A stretch of 63,176 bases of DNA from assembly GCA_964547525.1 (NCBI GenBank), contig CAZJOD010000003.1, positions 1 to 63,176 of the forward strand, written 5' to 3'. This DNA comes from an uncultured Clostridiaceae bacterium (GTDB lineage Bacteria; Bacillota; Clostridia; JAAYHZ01). Position 1 is the first letter of the stretch. The number at the start of each line of letters is the position of its first letter. The notes under the pieces are model-generated. The model did no database searches, was not told the origin of the DNA, and was given only the letters and a program-made list of their open reading frames with translations. The position numbers and the translations under genes are program-made. This document shows, one piece after another, positions 39,451 to 48,422 of this stretch.

Positions 39451-42096
39451 TCAATCCAAACGAAGCAGATTGAACAGCTGTTGATTATCCATTTCAGTAA
39501 TATTGCTTTCACTGATATCCGGTATGATATCATTTGTCATTTTCATCTTTTCTTCTATCAAATGGTCAATTTTTTCTTCTATGGTACCTTTGGTAATAAA
39601 CTTATGCACCAATACATTTTTCTTTTGACCGATCCTAAAAGCTCTGTCAGTGGCTTGATTTTCAACCGCCGGATTCCACCAGCGATCAAAATGCACCACA
39701 TGGTTTGCCGCTGTAAGGTTTAAACCTACTCCCCCCGCTTTAACGGATAAAACCATAAAAGGAACATACTCACTGTCTTGGAATCGTTCCACAATCCCCT
39801 TACGTTTTCCAATCGGTGTTTCTCCGTGGAGTACAAGTCCTTTGCGGTGAAATACCGATTCCAAGAAAGCCGCCAACGGTTCGGTAATCTCCTTGAATTG
39901 TGAAAACACAATAACTCGTTCTCTTTTTTCGTATATGATTTCACATATTTCTCTGAGCCGTTCAAACTTACCGCTTTCTTTTTCTGCATAGCCAAATTGT
40001 CCGAAATATTGATCCGGGTGATTACATATTTGTTTGAATTTCATTAATGCAGACAAAACAATTCCTTTTCTCTCTATCCCTTCGGAGTTTAAAATTTTAT
40101 CCTTTATATCTTCTACCAATTGATTGTACAATGCAGCTTGCTTTTTCGTAAGATTGGAATATGTTTTCATTTCTATCTTCTCCGGAAGATCTGCAATAAT
40201 ATTTCTATCGGTTTTCAATCTTCTGAGAATAAAGGGTGAGATCATTTGTTTGAGTTTGCCATATCCCTCTCCGCTTTCTTTTAACCGTTTTGTAAACCTT
40301 GTAAATTCATTGGAATTACCCAAAAGACCTTTATTTAAAAAATCAAAAATAGACCATAAATCGGACAATCTGTTTTCTAAAGGTGTTCCTGTCATGGCGA
40401 TACGGTAATGGCTTGATAATTGTTTTACCGCCTTCGTCTGTTTTGTTCCGGCATTTTTTATAGCTTGGGCTTCATCGATGATTACAATATCCCACATTGT
40501 TTCACAAATCCAATCCAACCTGGCCAACATCCCGTAAGTAGTTATATAGATTCCGTCTTGTACTTGATCCATATCGATCAATCCCTCTTTATATTGAGAA
40601 TGAATGATGTAATATGTTAATTTTGGCGCGAACTTTGCAATTTCAGAAGTCCAGTTGCCAATCAAAGAAGCGGGAACAACCAGCAATACCTTCTCCTGTT
40701 GAACCGACCTGATGCTATTTAACAAAGCGATCACCTGAACGGTTTTACCAAGGCCCATATCATCCGCTATACAGGCACCAAAACCAAGCTGTTTCATCCG
40801 GTACAGCCAATCCACCCCTTTTTTTTGATACCCTCTGAGTACGGCATAAAAGTGATCTCCATAAGATATCACATGATCGGTTTCCCGTTTTTTCAATCCA
40901 TCGAGAACAGATTCCAACCATTCTCCATTTGTTATTTCCATCTCATCGGTCTTATCGAAAACACCACCAAACATTTTATCTATGGAAAGCTGCATACGCA
41001 TGGCTTCCAACATGGTAAGACCGGATAAAACCGCTTGTTTTTGGGCTTTTTCATAGACTTTAAGTATTTCTTGCAGCTTGTCCGGGTCGGCTTCCACCCA
41101 CTTTCCTTTCAGGAAAGCCAACCCTTCCGATTCTGAACATAACTTTTTAAGTTCTTCAACGGTGATTTGTTCACCGCCCAGAGATAAGGTGACACTATAT
41201 TGTAAAATGGCATCCAAACCGACCTTCGAAGGGGCTTGTTCACCTATACTCATAGAAATCTTTACGGAACTGTTTTTCTTTCTCCACCAATTGGGTATTC
41301 TGCACAAAATCCCTAACGACTCATACAAAGGAACTTCCTTTAAGAATTCATAGGCATCATTGACATTCAAACCTATGGGATAAAAGATCTCTCCCGTTTC
41401 AAGAAGCTCTGTTACGAATCGGCTTTCTCGAGCTGCTCTGTAAACCGTGGACAATAACTCCAAAAGTTTTTTACTGTTTTGGCCATATTCCATTAAAGCA
41501 TTTTTTAACGGAAGGTGTTTGGCTTTTCCCGTGGTGGAGGGTTCTTTAGCATATGTAGCAAGAAAAGCAAAGGGACGCTCACTCTTTTGGCTTTCAACCA
41601 AGTGAAAATATACTTTACCTGCAAAATGGATCTCAGGGTTTTTTGATAAAAAGTATTCAGCTACGCTTCCTTGGTATTTTGAAATTTCCAAAGCGAATAC
41701 CCGGTTTAATCTGTCCCATACATTCTCCAACCAAGCACGATCAAGAAATTCACTTCCCGGCATAAAAGGTGATTCTATAAGTAGAATTTCCTGTTCTTCT
41801 TGTTCCGGGATCCCTATTGCTTTATCTCGTAAAACTTCCAAATCAGGATTTTTTGTTAGACACTTACCAAAAGCTGCGGAAACTCTATAGAGAAATTCAA
41901 CGGAATCCGATAGTGTAACAGTCTTTTGATTGATTCCCAATAGGAAAAAGGCTGTATCTTTATTTTTTAAATATTCGTCATAAAGCTGTTGTTGAAATAA
42001 AGCGGTTTCTGACTCCAAACTTTTATGAACAATGTGAAGATCGAATTCATAACACCCCTCAGGTTTTATAACAGCAATCAATTCTTGATTTGACAC
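39451..42096 (-). CDS. SNF2-family DNA-dependent ATPase/helicase with a bacterial SNF2-associated N-terminal domain
   Basis: All helicase motifs look intact: LRGYQKKGVDWL, DDMGLGKT (I), DEAQAIKN (II), MTGTPLEN (III), VFSQF (IV), GGVGLNLTAANHVVHFDRWWNP and TDRAFRIGQ (V-VI). GTG start after AAAGGAAA. Confidence 0.9.
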   Translation of the reverse strand: MSNQELIAVIKPEGCYEFDLHIVHKSLESETALFQQQLYDEYLKNKDTAFFLLGINQKTVTLSDSVEFLYRVSAAFGKCLTKNPDLEVLRDKAIGIPEQEEQEILLIESPFMPGSEFLDRAWLENVWDRLNRVFALEISKYQGSVAEYFLSKNPEIHFAGKVYFHLVESQKSERPFAFLATYAKEPSTTGKAKHLPLKNALMEYGQNSKKLLELLSTVYRAARESRFVTELLETGEIFYPIGLNVNDAYEFLKEVPLYESLGILCRIPNWWRKKNSSVKISMSIGEQAPSKVGLDAILQYSVTLSLGGEQITVEELKKLCSESEGLAFLKGKWVEADPDKLQEILKVYEKAQKQAVLSGLTMLEAMRMQLSIDKMFGGVFDKTDEMEITNGEWLESVLDGLKKRETDHVISYGDHFYAVLRGYQKKGVDWLYRMKQLGFGACIADDMGLGKTVQVIALLNSIRSVQQEKVLLVVPASLIGNWTSEIAKFAPKLTYYIIHSQYKEGLIDMDQVQDGIYITTYGMLARLDWICETMWDIVIIDEAQAIKNAGTKQTKAVKQLSSHYRIAMTGTPLENRLSDLWSIFDFLNKGLLGNSNEFTRFTKRLKESGEGYGKLKQMISPFILRRLKTDRNIIADLPEKIEMKTYSNLTKKQAALYNQLVEDIKDKILNSEGIERKGIVLSALMKFKQICNHPDQYFGQFGYAEKESGKFERLREICEIIYEKRERVIVFSQFKEITEPLAAFLESVFHRKGLVLHGETPIGKRKGIVERFQDSEYVPFMVLSVKAGGVGLNLTAANHVVHFDRWWNPAVENQATDRAFRIGQKKNVLVHKFITKGTIEEKIDHLIEEKMKMTNDIIPDISESNITEMDNQQLFNLLRLD

Positions 42097-42214
42097 ATTC
42101 GTTTCCTTTCATTATACCTAACCTATTATCGGAATATATTTAAGTAAGTACTTATTACATATTTTTACCATTGCACGGGATTTAATTATACAAGGAATAT
42201 TATGGTAATATTTG

Positions 42215-44701
42215 TTATAATGTAATATCCATACCGGTTGCTTTATAAAAATCAGCTTGTATGGACTTTTTAACTTCATCGCTTGCCTCCACATTTTTTA
42301 CCTTCATGAATTCTTCTCCCGGTATATAAGAAATCTTACCATAGCTTTGTACATTATATTGCTCTAATAATTTTCTTGCCATAGTATTCAGTTCAAAATT
42401 ATTAGTCATGGGATTTATTGTCAAAGGCCAGCCTATGATTTGTGACAATTCCTTTATCTCATTAATATACTGCTCACCGATTTGTCGTGTTATAAAGGAT
42501 AATTCGATATATGGTTCATTTTGAACCTTCTTGATACTTTTTCGGTAGATCATATGGTCAAACTTTTCTTTTACATACCGGTCAATTATCTTAAATGCTT
42601 CATTTTGTTCCATAGGTTGACTGTAAGTTGTGTCCGACAAGTTGATGGACACAAATTTAGATTTTTCTTTCTCTATTGATAAAATCATTCCTGTAAGTTC
42701 ATGAAAACGATCTATAATGGATTGATCTTGAAGGGTTTTATCTATTTTCACAACAAACGTTCCGATATCTTGGTAGTAAGATATTTTACCGGCACACAAC
42801 TGCTGCTGTTCAAGTAATTCTGAAATAAGTAAACATGCCGCATTAAAATTACATCGCTCATTCACTTCAACCTTCCAACCGGTTTTATGTTGAAACTCAT
42901 CAATTAATTCACCATATTTGCTTTTTGCCATTAATGGATAATCAAAATTAAGGATGGCAATTTTTTCATCAAATCTGGCTCCTTTTTTATACAAGCCTGA
43001 TTCTTTGGGAAAATACTCATCGGCAAAGAGCATCATTTCATGAATATCCATAACGCTTTTATTAACTATTTCCTGTTCTTCCGCAGGATGGAATATATAT
43101 GTTCTTTTGTAATCATGTTTAAATAACGGAGATTGGTTTAATAACCGGTTAAGGGCAATTAGTTGCTCCTGGACAGGCTCTTTCCCATACCAAAGCTCGA
43201 ATAATTCTTCAACCGTATATCCTTTTTTGGCATCAAGCTTGTTTAGAATATATTCTCTTAAATCCGTTATGTTTTCTTCGGTCAATTCCTCATATCTTCC
43301 TAAGGAAGGAGGTTTTGTTCTTTGTATTTGTTTTCGAGGGTTTCGGATATCTAATTCATAGGGCTCACTATTGATAGGTACCTCTATTTGTGCATACATT
43401 TCTTTGGCAATGTCACTTGCTAAACAGGAAATGACTTTTGAATCTCCGTGGTTAAAAAAGATCCGTCTTGGAGCCATATTGGTAACAAGGGAGGTTATTT
43501 GAGATTTATCTCCGTGAGCAGATAATCCATATTTGCCTACACCGCATTTTACACTGTAGTTCACTCCGTCTAGAAATAGAAGCTTTTCTTTTTCATTTGA
43601 TTCATCTTCCGCTAAAGACAGAAGGTTTCTGCCCGGTGCTTCCTCGTCTTGGTATCCGGTAATGGCTATATAGTGATTTTCTTGCGAGAAGAAAGCTTTG
43701 GCATATTCCTGACTAGGACCTCCCGTTAACATACCGGAACTCGATATGATACAGCAAGGGTCGGAAGACTCCATGATTTGCTTTCGCATGGCACGATCGG
43801 TCACCTTCACCACATTGTCATCGGTAAAAATATGATTGCCTTTTAATAACTTTCTCATATGGGCACTTCTTAAATAATTGGGATGGTTCTCATAAATAGT
43901 ACAAACATCCTTAACCATCCCGTCTATATATACGGGAATATCCGAAAGTTCCTTTTTGCCGATAGCTCTTTTTAAAATTAGGATAACTTCTTGGGCTCTT
44001 CCTAATGCAAAAGCCGGAATTAATATTTTGCCTTTTCCCTCAATGACTTTTTTTACCGTTTCAACCAGCCGTTTTTCTTCCCCCTGTCGATTTGAATGAA
44101 GTCTGTCACCGTAAGTAGATTCAAACACAGCGACATCCGGCCTTAACTTTGGAATTGCAGCGCCTTCCACCGTTAATTGAGGTGTAACCGAAAAATCTCC
44201 GCTATAAAAGAAAGACCCTTCATCCGATGTCAAATAGATGGAAGAAGCACCAAGAATATGACCGGCATTAAAAAAGGAAGCTTTGATTTGATCAAATACA
44301 TGAATGACATTATTGGGATTGTAGCAAATAATTCTATCTAACATACTTTTGACATGAACTTCTGAAAATATGGGAATTTCAGCTTCTTGTTTTTCCATAA
44401 TTTTTAAACTGTCAAAAAGTAATAATCGTATTAAGTCTTTGGTGGCAAGAGTACAGTATATAAGAGCCTCAGGATATTCACGACTGATAATAGGCAAAGC
44501 ACCGATATGATCCATATGGGCATGACTGATAAAAATTCCGTCAATTCCTCCATTTTCCTGTATTATTCGAAAATCCGGTAAATTATCCTTTGTTTTGGTC
44601 ATGCGCATACCGCAATCCAATAGTAACTTTTTACCACCTATTTCAAGGAATAGACAGCTTGCTCCGACTTCTTCCGCTCCACCACAAAAAACTAATCTCA
44701 T
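42215..44701 (-). CDS. Metallo-beta-lactamase / beta-CASP nuclease with a ~370-aa uncharacterised C-terminal extension
   Basis: SHAHMDHIG (HxHxDH), beta-CASP-type downstream motifs (ESTYGD, SSSGML, SAHGD, NHGD). The C-terminal aa ~455-828 have no motif I recognise but contain an internal ~100-aa repeat. Confidence 0.8.
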   Translation of the reverse strand: MRLVFCGGAEEVGASCLFLEIGGKKLLLDCGMRMTKTKDNLPDFRIIQENGGIDGIFISHAHMDHIGALPIISREYPEALIYCTLATKDLIRLLLFDSLKIMEKQEAEIPIFSEVHVKSMLDRIICYNPNNVIHVFDQIKASFFNAGHILGASSIYLTSDEGSFFYSGDFSVTPQLTVEGAAIPKLRPDVAVFESTYGDRLHSNRQGEEKRLVETVKKVIEGKGKILIPAFALGRAQEVILILKRAIGKKELSDIPVYIDGMVKDVCTIYENHPNYLRSAHMRKLLKGNHIFTDDNVVKVTDRAMRKQIMESSDPCCIISSSGMLTGGPSQEYAKAFFSQENHYIAITGYQDEEAPGRNLLSLAEDESNEKEKLLFLDGVNYSVKCGVGKYGLSAHGDKSQITSLVTNMAPRRIFFNHGDSKVISCLASDIAKEMYAQIEVPINSEPYELDIRNPRKQIQRTKPPSLGRYEELTEENITDLREYILNKLDAKKGYTVEELFELWYGKEPVQEQLIALNRLLNQSPLFKHDYKRTYIFHPAEEQEIVNKSVMDIHEMMLFADEYFPKESGLYKKGARFDEKIAILNFDYPLMAKSKYGELIDEFQHKTGWKVEVNERCNFNAACLLISELLEQQQLCAGKISYYQDIGTFVVKIDKTLQDQSIIDRFHELTGMILSIEKEKSKFVSINLSDTTYSQPMEQNEAFKIIDRYVKEKFDHMIYRKSIKKVQNEPYIELSFITRQIGEQYINEIKELSQIIGWPLTINPMTNNFELNTMARKLLEQYNVQSYGKISYIPGEEFMKVKNVEASDEVKKSIQADFYKATGMDITL

Positions 44702-44945
44702 CTTCTTTCCCTTCTAAATAATTTAATAACCGATATGACTTTAAAAAAATTATATCATATCATAACACCCAAATATACTAGTATCATCACTTTTCTCACA
44801 CAAATCCTAATTTTCATAATTGCCGATAAAACCGGGAAGCCCTTCGAATATCGGGATACGGCAAGGTTTTTATCTTTGATTTGACAATTTTGTTTTATTG
44901 GCAAAACTTCCACCACCTTCGTACAACCTAAATTATCTTCGTAAA

Positions 44946-44983
44946 CAAAAAAACACGACCAAATATTATTGTTCAATCGTGTA
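44946..44983 (-). terminator. Probable terminator after hepT
   Basis: Minus strand reads ACACGA - 18-nt loop - TCGTGT followed by TTTTTTT. The stem is only 6 bp. Confidence 0.4.
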
Positions 44984-45004
44984 AATTTTAAAATTGATTT
45001 TTGT

Positions 45005-45343
45005 TTAAGCTTCTTTCAGCAAATTTTCAAGTTGCGCCAATAATATCGGGATTTCTTTCTGTGACAAATTCCAGACTAGCTCCATTCTTAATTCACCATA
45101 CCCGTGTGCAACGATATTTCTAAGATCAACGATCTTTCGCCACTTGATATCGTTGTACTCAATCCATAACTCTCTCGTCAAAGCGTTAGTATACTCACCT
45201 ATATTAAGAAGTGACATTGCCGTTGCCTTCTGATAAATATCATTCTCAAGGAATCCACTTTCACCAACTTCATTTACATACCGAATAATATCTTTGCATT
45301 CGCATATTATCTTTTTCAATAATTGAATATCCCTATGCTCCAT
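45005..45343 (-). CDS. hepT: HepT-like (DUF86) RNase toxin
   Basis: RNIVAHGY fits the Rx4HxY active-site motif. 112 aa. It overlaps the upstream MNT gene by 11 nt. Confidence 0.8.
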   Translation of the reverse strand: MEHRDIQLLKKIICECKDIIRYVNEVGESGFLENDIYQKATAMSLLNIGEYTNALTRELWIEYNDIKWRKIVDLRNIVAHGYGELRMELVWNLSQKEIPILLAQLENLLKEA

Positions 45344-45617
45344 ATAATCTTATCTTCTTTTCAATGGTTAAATAGCTGTTCTCTTTTAATGGTCCGGCAA
45401 CTACATCCACTTTGGTGTTTAATTTTTCCTGTATATCAAGTTTAAGTCCTGACATATCAAATAAACTCGCTACTTTTTCATCAAAGTAAACAAGCAAATC
45501 CACGTCTGAATCCTCTTTACTCTCTCCAATTGCAAAGGAACCAAACAAGTCGACACTTAGTACCGGATACAAAGGAGCAACCTGATCTATCGCATTTTTT
45601 ATATCTGTAATTGTCAT
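45333..45617 (-). CDS. mntA: MNT-type nucleotidyltransferase antitoxin
   Basis: LFGSFAIGESKEDSDVDLLV (GSx10DxD). 94 aa. Confidence 0.8.
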   Translation of the reverse strand: MTITDIKNAIDQVAPLYPVLSVDLFGSFAIGESKEDSDVDLLVYFDEKVASLFDMSGLKLDIQEKLNTKVDVVAGPLKENSYLTIEKKIRLYGA

Positions 45618-45816
45618 ACTTTATCACCTCTTAAGGATTTCAAAAAATTAAGTCAATAATTTACTACCTAATCTAATTATACCATAAAAAACTGATTACA
45701 GTCAAAAATGAAATTTCCCTGAAAAGATTGCCTCGCATTATTGTAACCCCATTAACGCTTGCAGTAATAAAATAATAATCATCCACATATATATATACCC
45801 TTTTTGCATTCATCAA

Positions 45817-46965
45817 TTAATAACCGCCGTATTTTCGGGCGGTTTCAAAATATGCTTTTACGTTTTCAAAGGGTGTACCGTCTCTTATTGAATCACTTGT
45901 TCCCAATATGAATCGACCGTTCTTACCAAGTTTTTCAATTGCATCTTTTGTCATTTCTATAACTTCGTCTTTCGTCCCAAAACGCATGCGTACTAAATCA
46001 ACATACCCACTCAAAACAACTTTGTCACCAATTTTTTCTTTTGCAATTTCAGGTATTACATCGCCTGTAGGAGGTGGTGTCAAAGTTGTTATCATATCAA
46101 TACCCGCATCTTTAAAATCTTCTAAAAGCGGCATTACTTTGCCATCATCATAAAAATGAAAATATGCTCCGTATTTATGTGCAAGTTTAACATTTTCTTT
46201 AATATGAGGCAAGAATAATTCCCTGTACATGTCCGGAGACCAGCCTGTACTCAAACTTGAGTTATACCAAGCCTCAAAGAACATTGTAATTCCTTGCTCA
46301 AGGGTATATTCTGCATATGTCCTATAAAAATCCTGATAAAATTTTATCGCATCTTTTAAAAATGCATTATCATCAAAATATAGCATTAACATATTAAGAA
46401 CCCCTATAGAATCTGCTAACATATGATCTACACCGGAATGTGGTCTGAACATATACATTCCTTCTTGACCTATACTTTCGTCTATGACTTTTAAATTACC
46501 CTTTGGAAAATATTTTTTATCCAGTAACAGGTAGTTCATTTTGTTAAGGTCGTTACGATCTTTAACCATATATTCAATATAGTGTGGGTTTGGTGCTATA
46601 CCATATTCCCGTCCGCCGGGTGGTATTGCCAAAACCTCTCTTAGTTGTCCTGCAGGTGTATCATATGTTCTGGTGAGATATTTTTTTGCATCGTTTGGTT
46701 TGGTGTCGAACACTTCAGTCATCCGAACATTTTTTATGTAGTCTGAGTCGGGATGATTTTTATACATGAATCTGTAAATTGCCTCCCATGTATTGGGCAA
46801 TCCACATCCAACACAGATAATTGGATCATAATCAAATACATTTTTCAATTCAAGATCGGTCATTTTTTGTTCCATCAGCCATGCATGTATTCTCGGGGAT
46901 ATAGGTATTAGATCCGGAATACCACCTTGAAGAACACACAATATTCTTTCCCTGGATGTCATCAT
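45817..46965 (-). CDS. Uroporphyrinogen-decarboxylase (URO-D)-family protein, methyltransferase-like
   Basis: SRERILCVLQGGIPD N-terminus and a C-terminal FILGTSDSI pattern, both typical of URO-D/MtaA-like TIM barrels. Confidence 0.55.
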   Translation of the reverse strand: MMTSRERILCVLQGGIPDLIPISPRIHAWLMEQKMTDLELKNVFDYDPIICVGCGLPNTWEAIYRFMYKNHPDSDYIKNVRMTEVFDTKPNDAKKYLTRTYDTPAGQLREVLAIPPGGREYGIAPNPHYIEYMVKDRNDLNKMNYLLLDKKYFPKGNLKVIDESIGQEGMYMFRPHSGVDHMLADSIGVLNMLMLYFDDNAFLKDAIKFYQDFYRTYAEYTLEQGITMFFEAWYNSSLSTGWSPDMYRELFLPHIKENVKLAHKYGAYFHFYDDGKVMPLLEDFKDAGIDMITTLTPPPTGDVIPEIAKEKIGDKVVLSGYVDLVRMRFGTKDEVIEMTKDAIEKLGKNGRFILGTSDSIRDGTPFENVKAYFETARKYGGY

Positions 46966-47099
46966 AAATTTTCCACTCCTTTAATTTTTCTTTAAATAAT
47001 AGTCCGGAAGATAAAAATCCATATTCAAATTATAGCAAACTTGAAATTATAAAACTTTACGATTCGTTCATTTTCATTTACAATTTGAACAAAAATAAT

Positions 47100-48023
47100 T
47101 TAACTATTAATTATCATTCTTCTATATTTGGTGGGTGAAATACCGGTTAATTGCCTGAATTTTCGGTCAAAATGCGTCACATTGTTAAAGCCTACACAGT
47201 AACATATGTCAGTGATATTTAGATTACTTGCTTGTTTTAATAATTCCATCGCTTTTGCAACTCTAAGATCATTTATATATTCGCTAAAGGTTTTTGAAGT
47301 CATTTGTTAAAAAAGGTAACAAAAATATGTACGGGATAACATTGAAATCCGAGCAGCTTCTTCAATAGTAATATTCTTATCGTAATTGTTATTTATATAC
47401 ATAATCACTTTATGTAATGCATCACGATGTTTGTTATATAAATCTTCTTGCCCGGTACTTCCGATATTCTTTTGAAACTCCCTACCCAATAAAACAAGAA
47501 GTTGCAGCGTTAATGCTTTAATGATCAGTTTGAAATCAGGTTCGCGACGTTCATCTTCTCTTAATATATCGGTAAAAATCCTTTCAGTTTCAATTTGTAT
47601 ATTGCCGCTTAAATTTAATCTAGGTTTCATTTTGTTCTCTGTAACCAAGAAAGGTTGAAGATATGCAAAATCGAAAAAGCTATTATCCATTTCATCAGGA
47701 GAAAATTTTTCATGAATAAAATTAGGAATAAACTCAAACTCAATAATCTCGAATTCTTCCCCGTAATCATCTATGAAGTAATGGGGAACCAAGGGGGGAA
47801 TAACAAATATATCCCCCTTATACACATTGAACAAGCTGTTGTTAATTGCGTGTTTGAGTTTTCCCTTACTTATGTAAATAATCTGTATATATTCGTGACG
47901 ATGCTTAACTTTAGCGCAATGATGCAGTTTTAATATGCTAAAAGGTAAACCGTTTTTATTATTAGCAATCCGTAAAATCGGTATGTCTTTATATTCATTT
48001 TTATCCAAATAATCAAATTTCAT
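47100..48023 (-). pseudogene. AraC-family regulator (cupin + 2xHTH) interrupted by an in-frame TAA
   Basis: The two track ORFs (47307..48023 and 47100..47303) are in the same frame. The junction reads ...SRTYFCYLF-TAA-QMTSKTFSEYINDLRV. The stop sits where AraC proteins usually have Lys, and it splits the two HTH motifs. Confidence 0.75.
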
Positions 48024-48422
48024 TCATTTTACCTCAAACATAAAATGTTAAGTAGTAATATATGTCAGCAAATTTTATATGATATTTACATTGTAACACC
48101 CTACAAATAGTAAACCCACTCTTATTTAATACAATAATAATACAATAATACAAACAAATACAAGTTTGACAACAACCCATTTATACCACATTGCCACAAC
48201 CAATACTAATTGAACATACTATCGAATATTCATAAATCCACATATCATTCTAAATAATTCGCTCTGCTTTAAGGTAGTCTTGGTTGGTTAGGTACGAATA
48301 TTTGTAAACCTCACAAACAAACATCCAACAACCGTATTTTAATTTATTTAACAAATTTTTATTTGGCGTGAATTCTTGTTCGCAATTTTTAAATTTTATT
48401 ATGCAATAAATATACAAAGTCT

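Noticed and set aside
44755-44976. 73-aa ORF in the hepT-MBL intergenic region
   Set aside because: No Shine-Dalgarno sequence. It overlaps the probable hepT terminator and the extended -10 promoter of the MBL gene. The translation is unremarkable.
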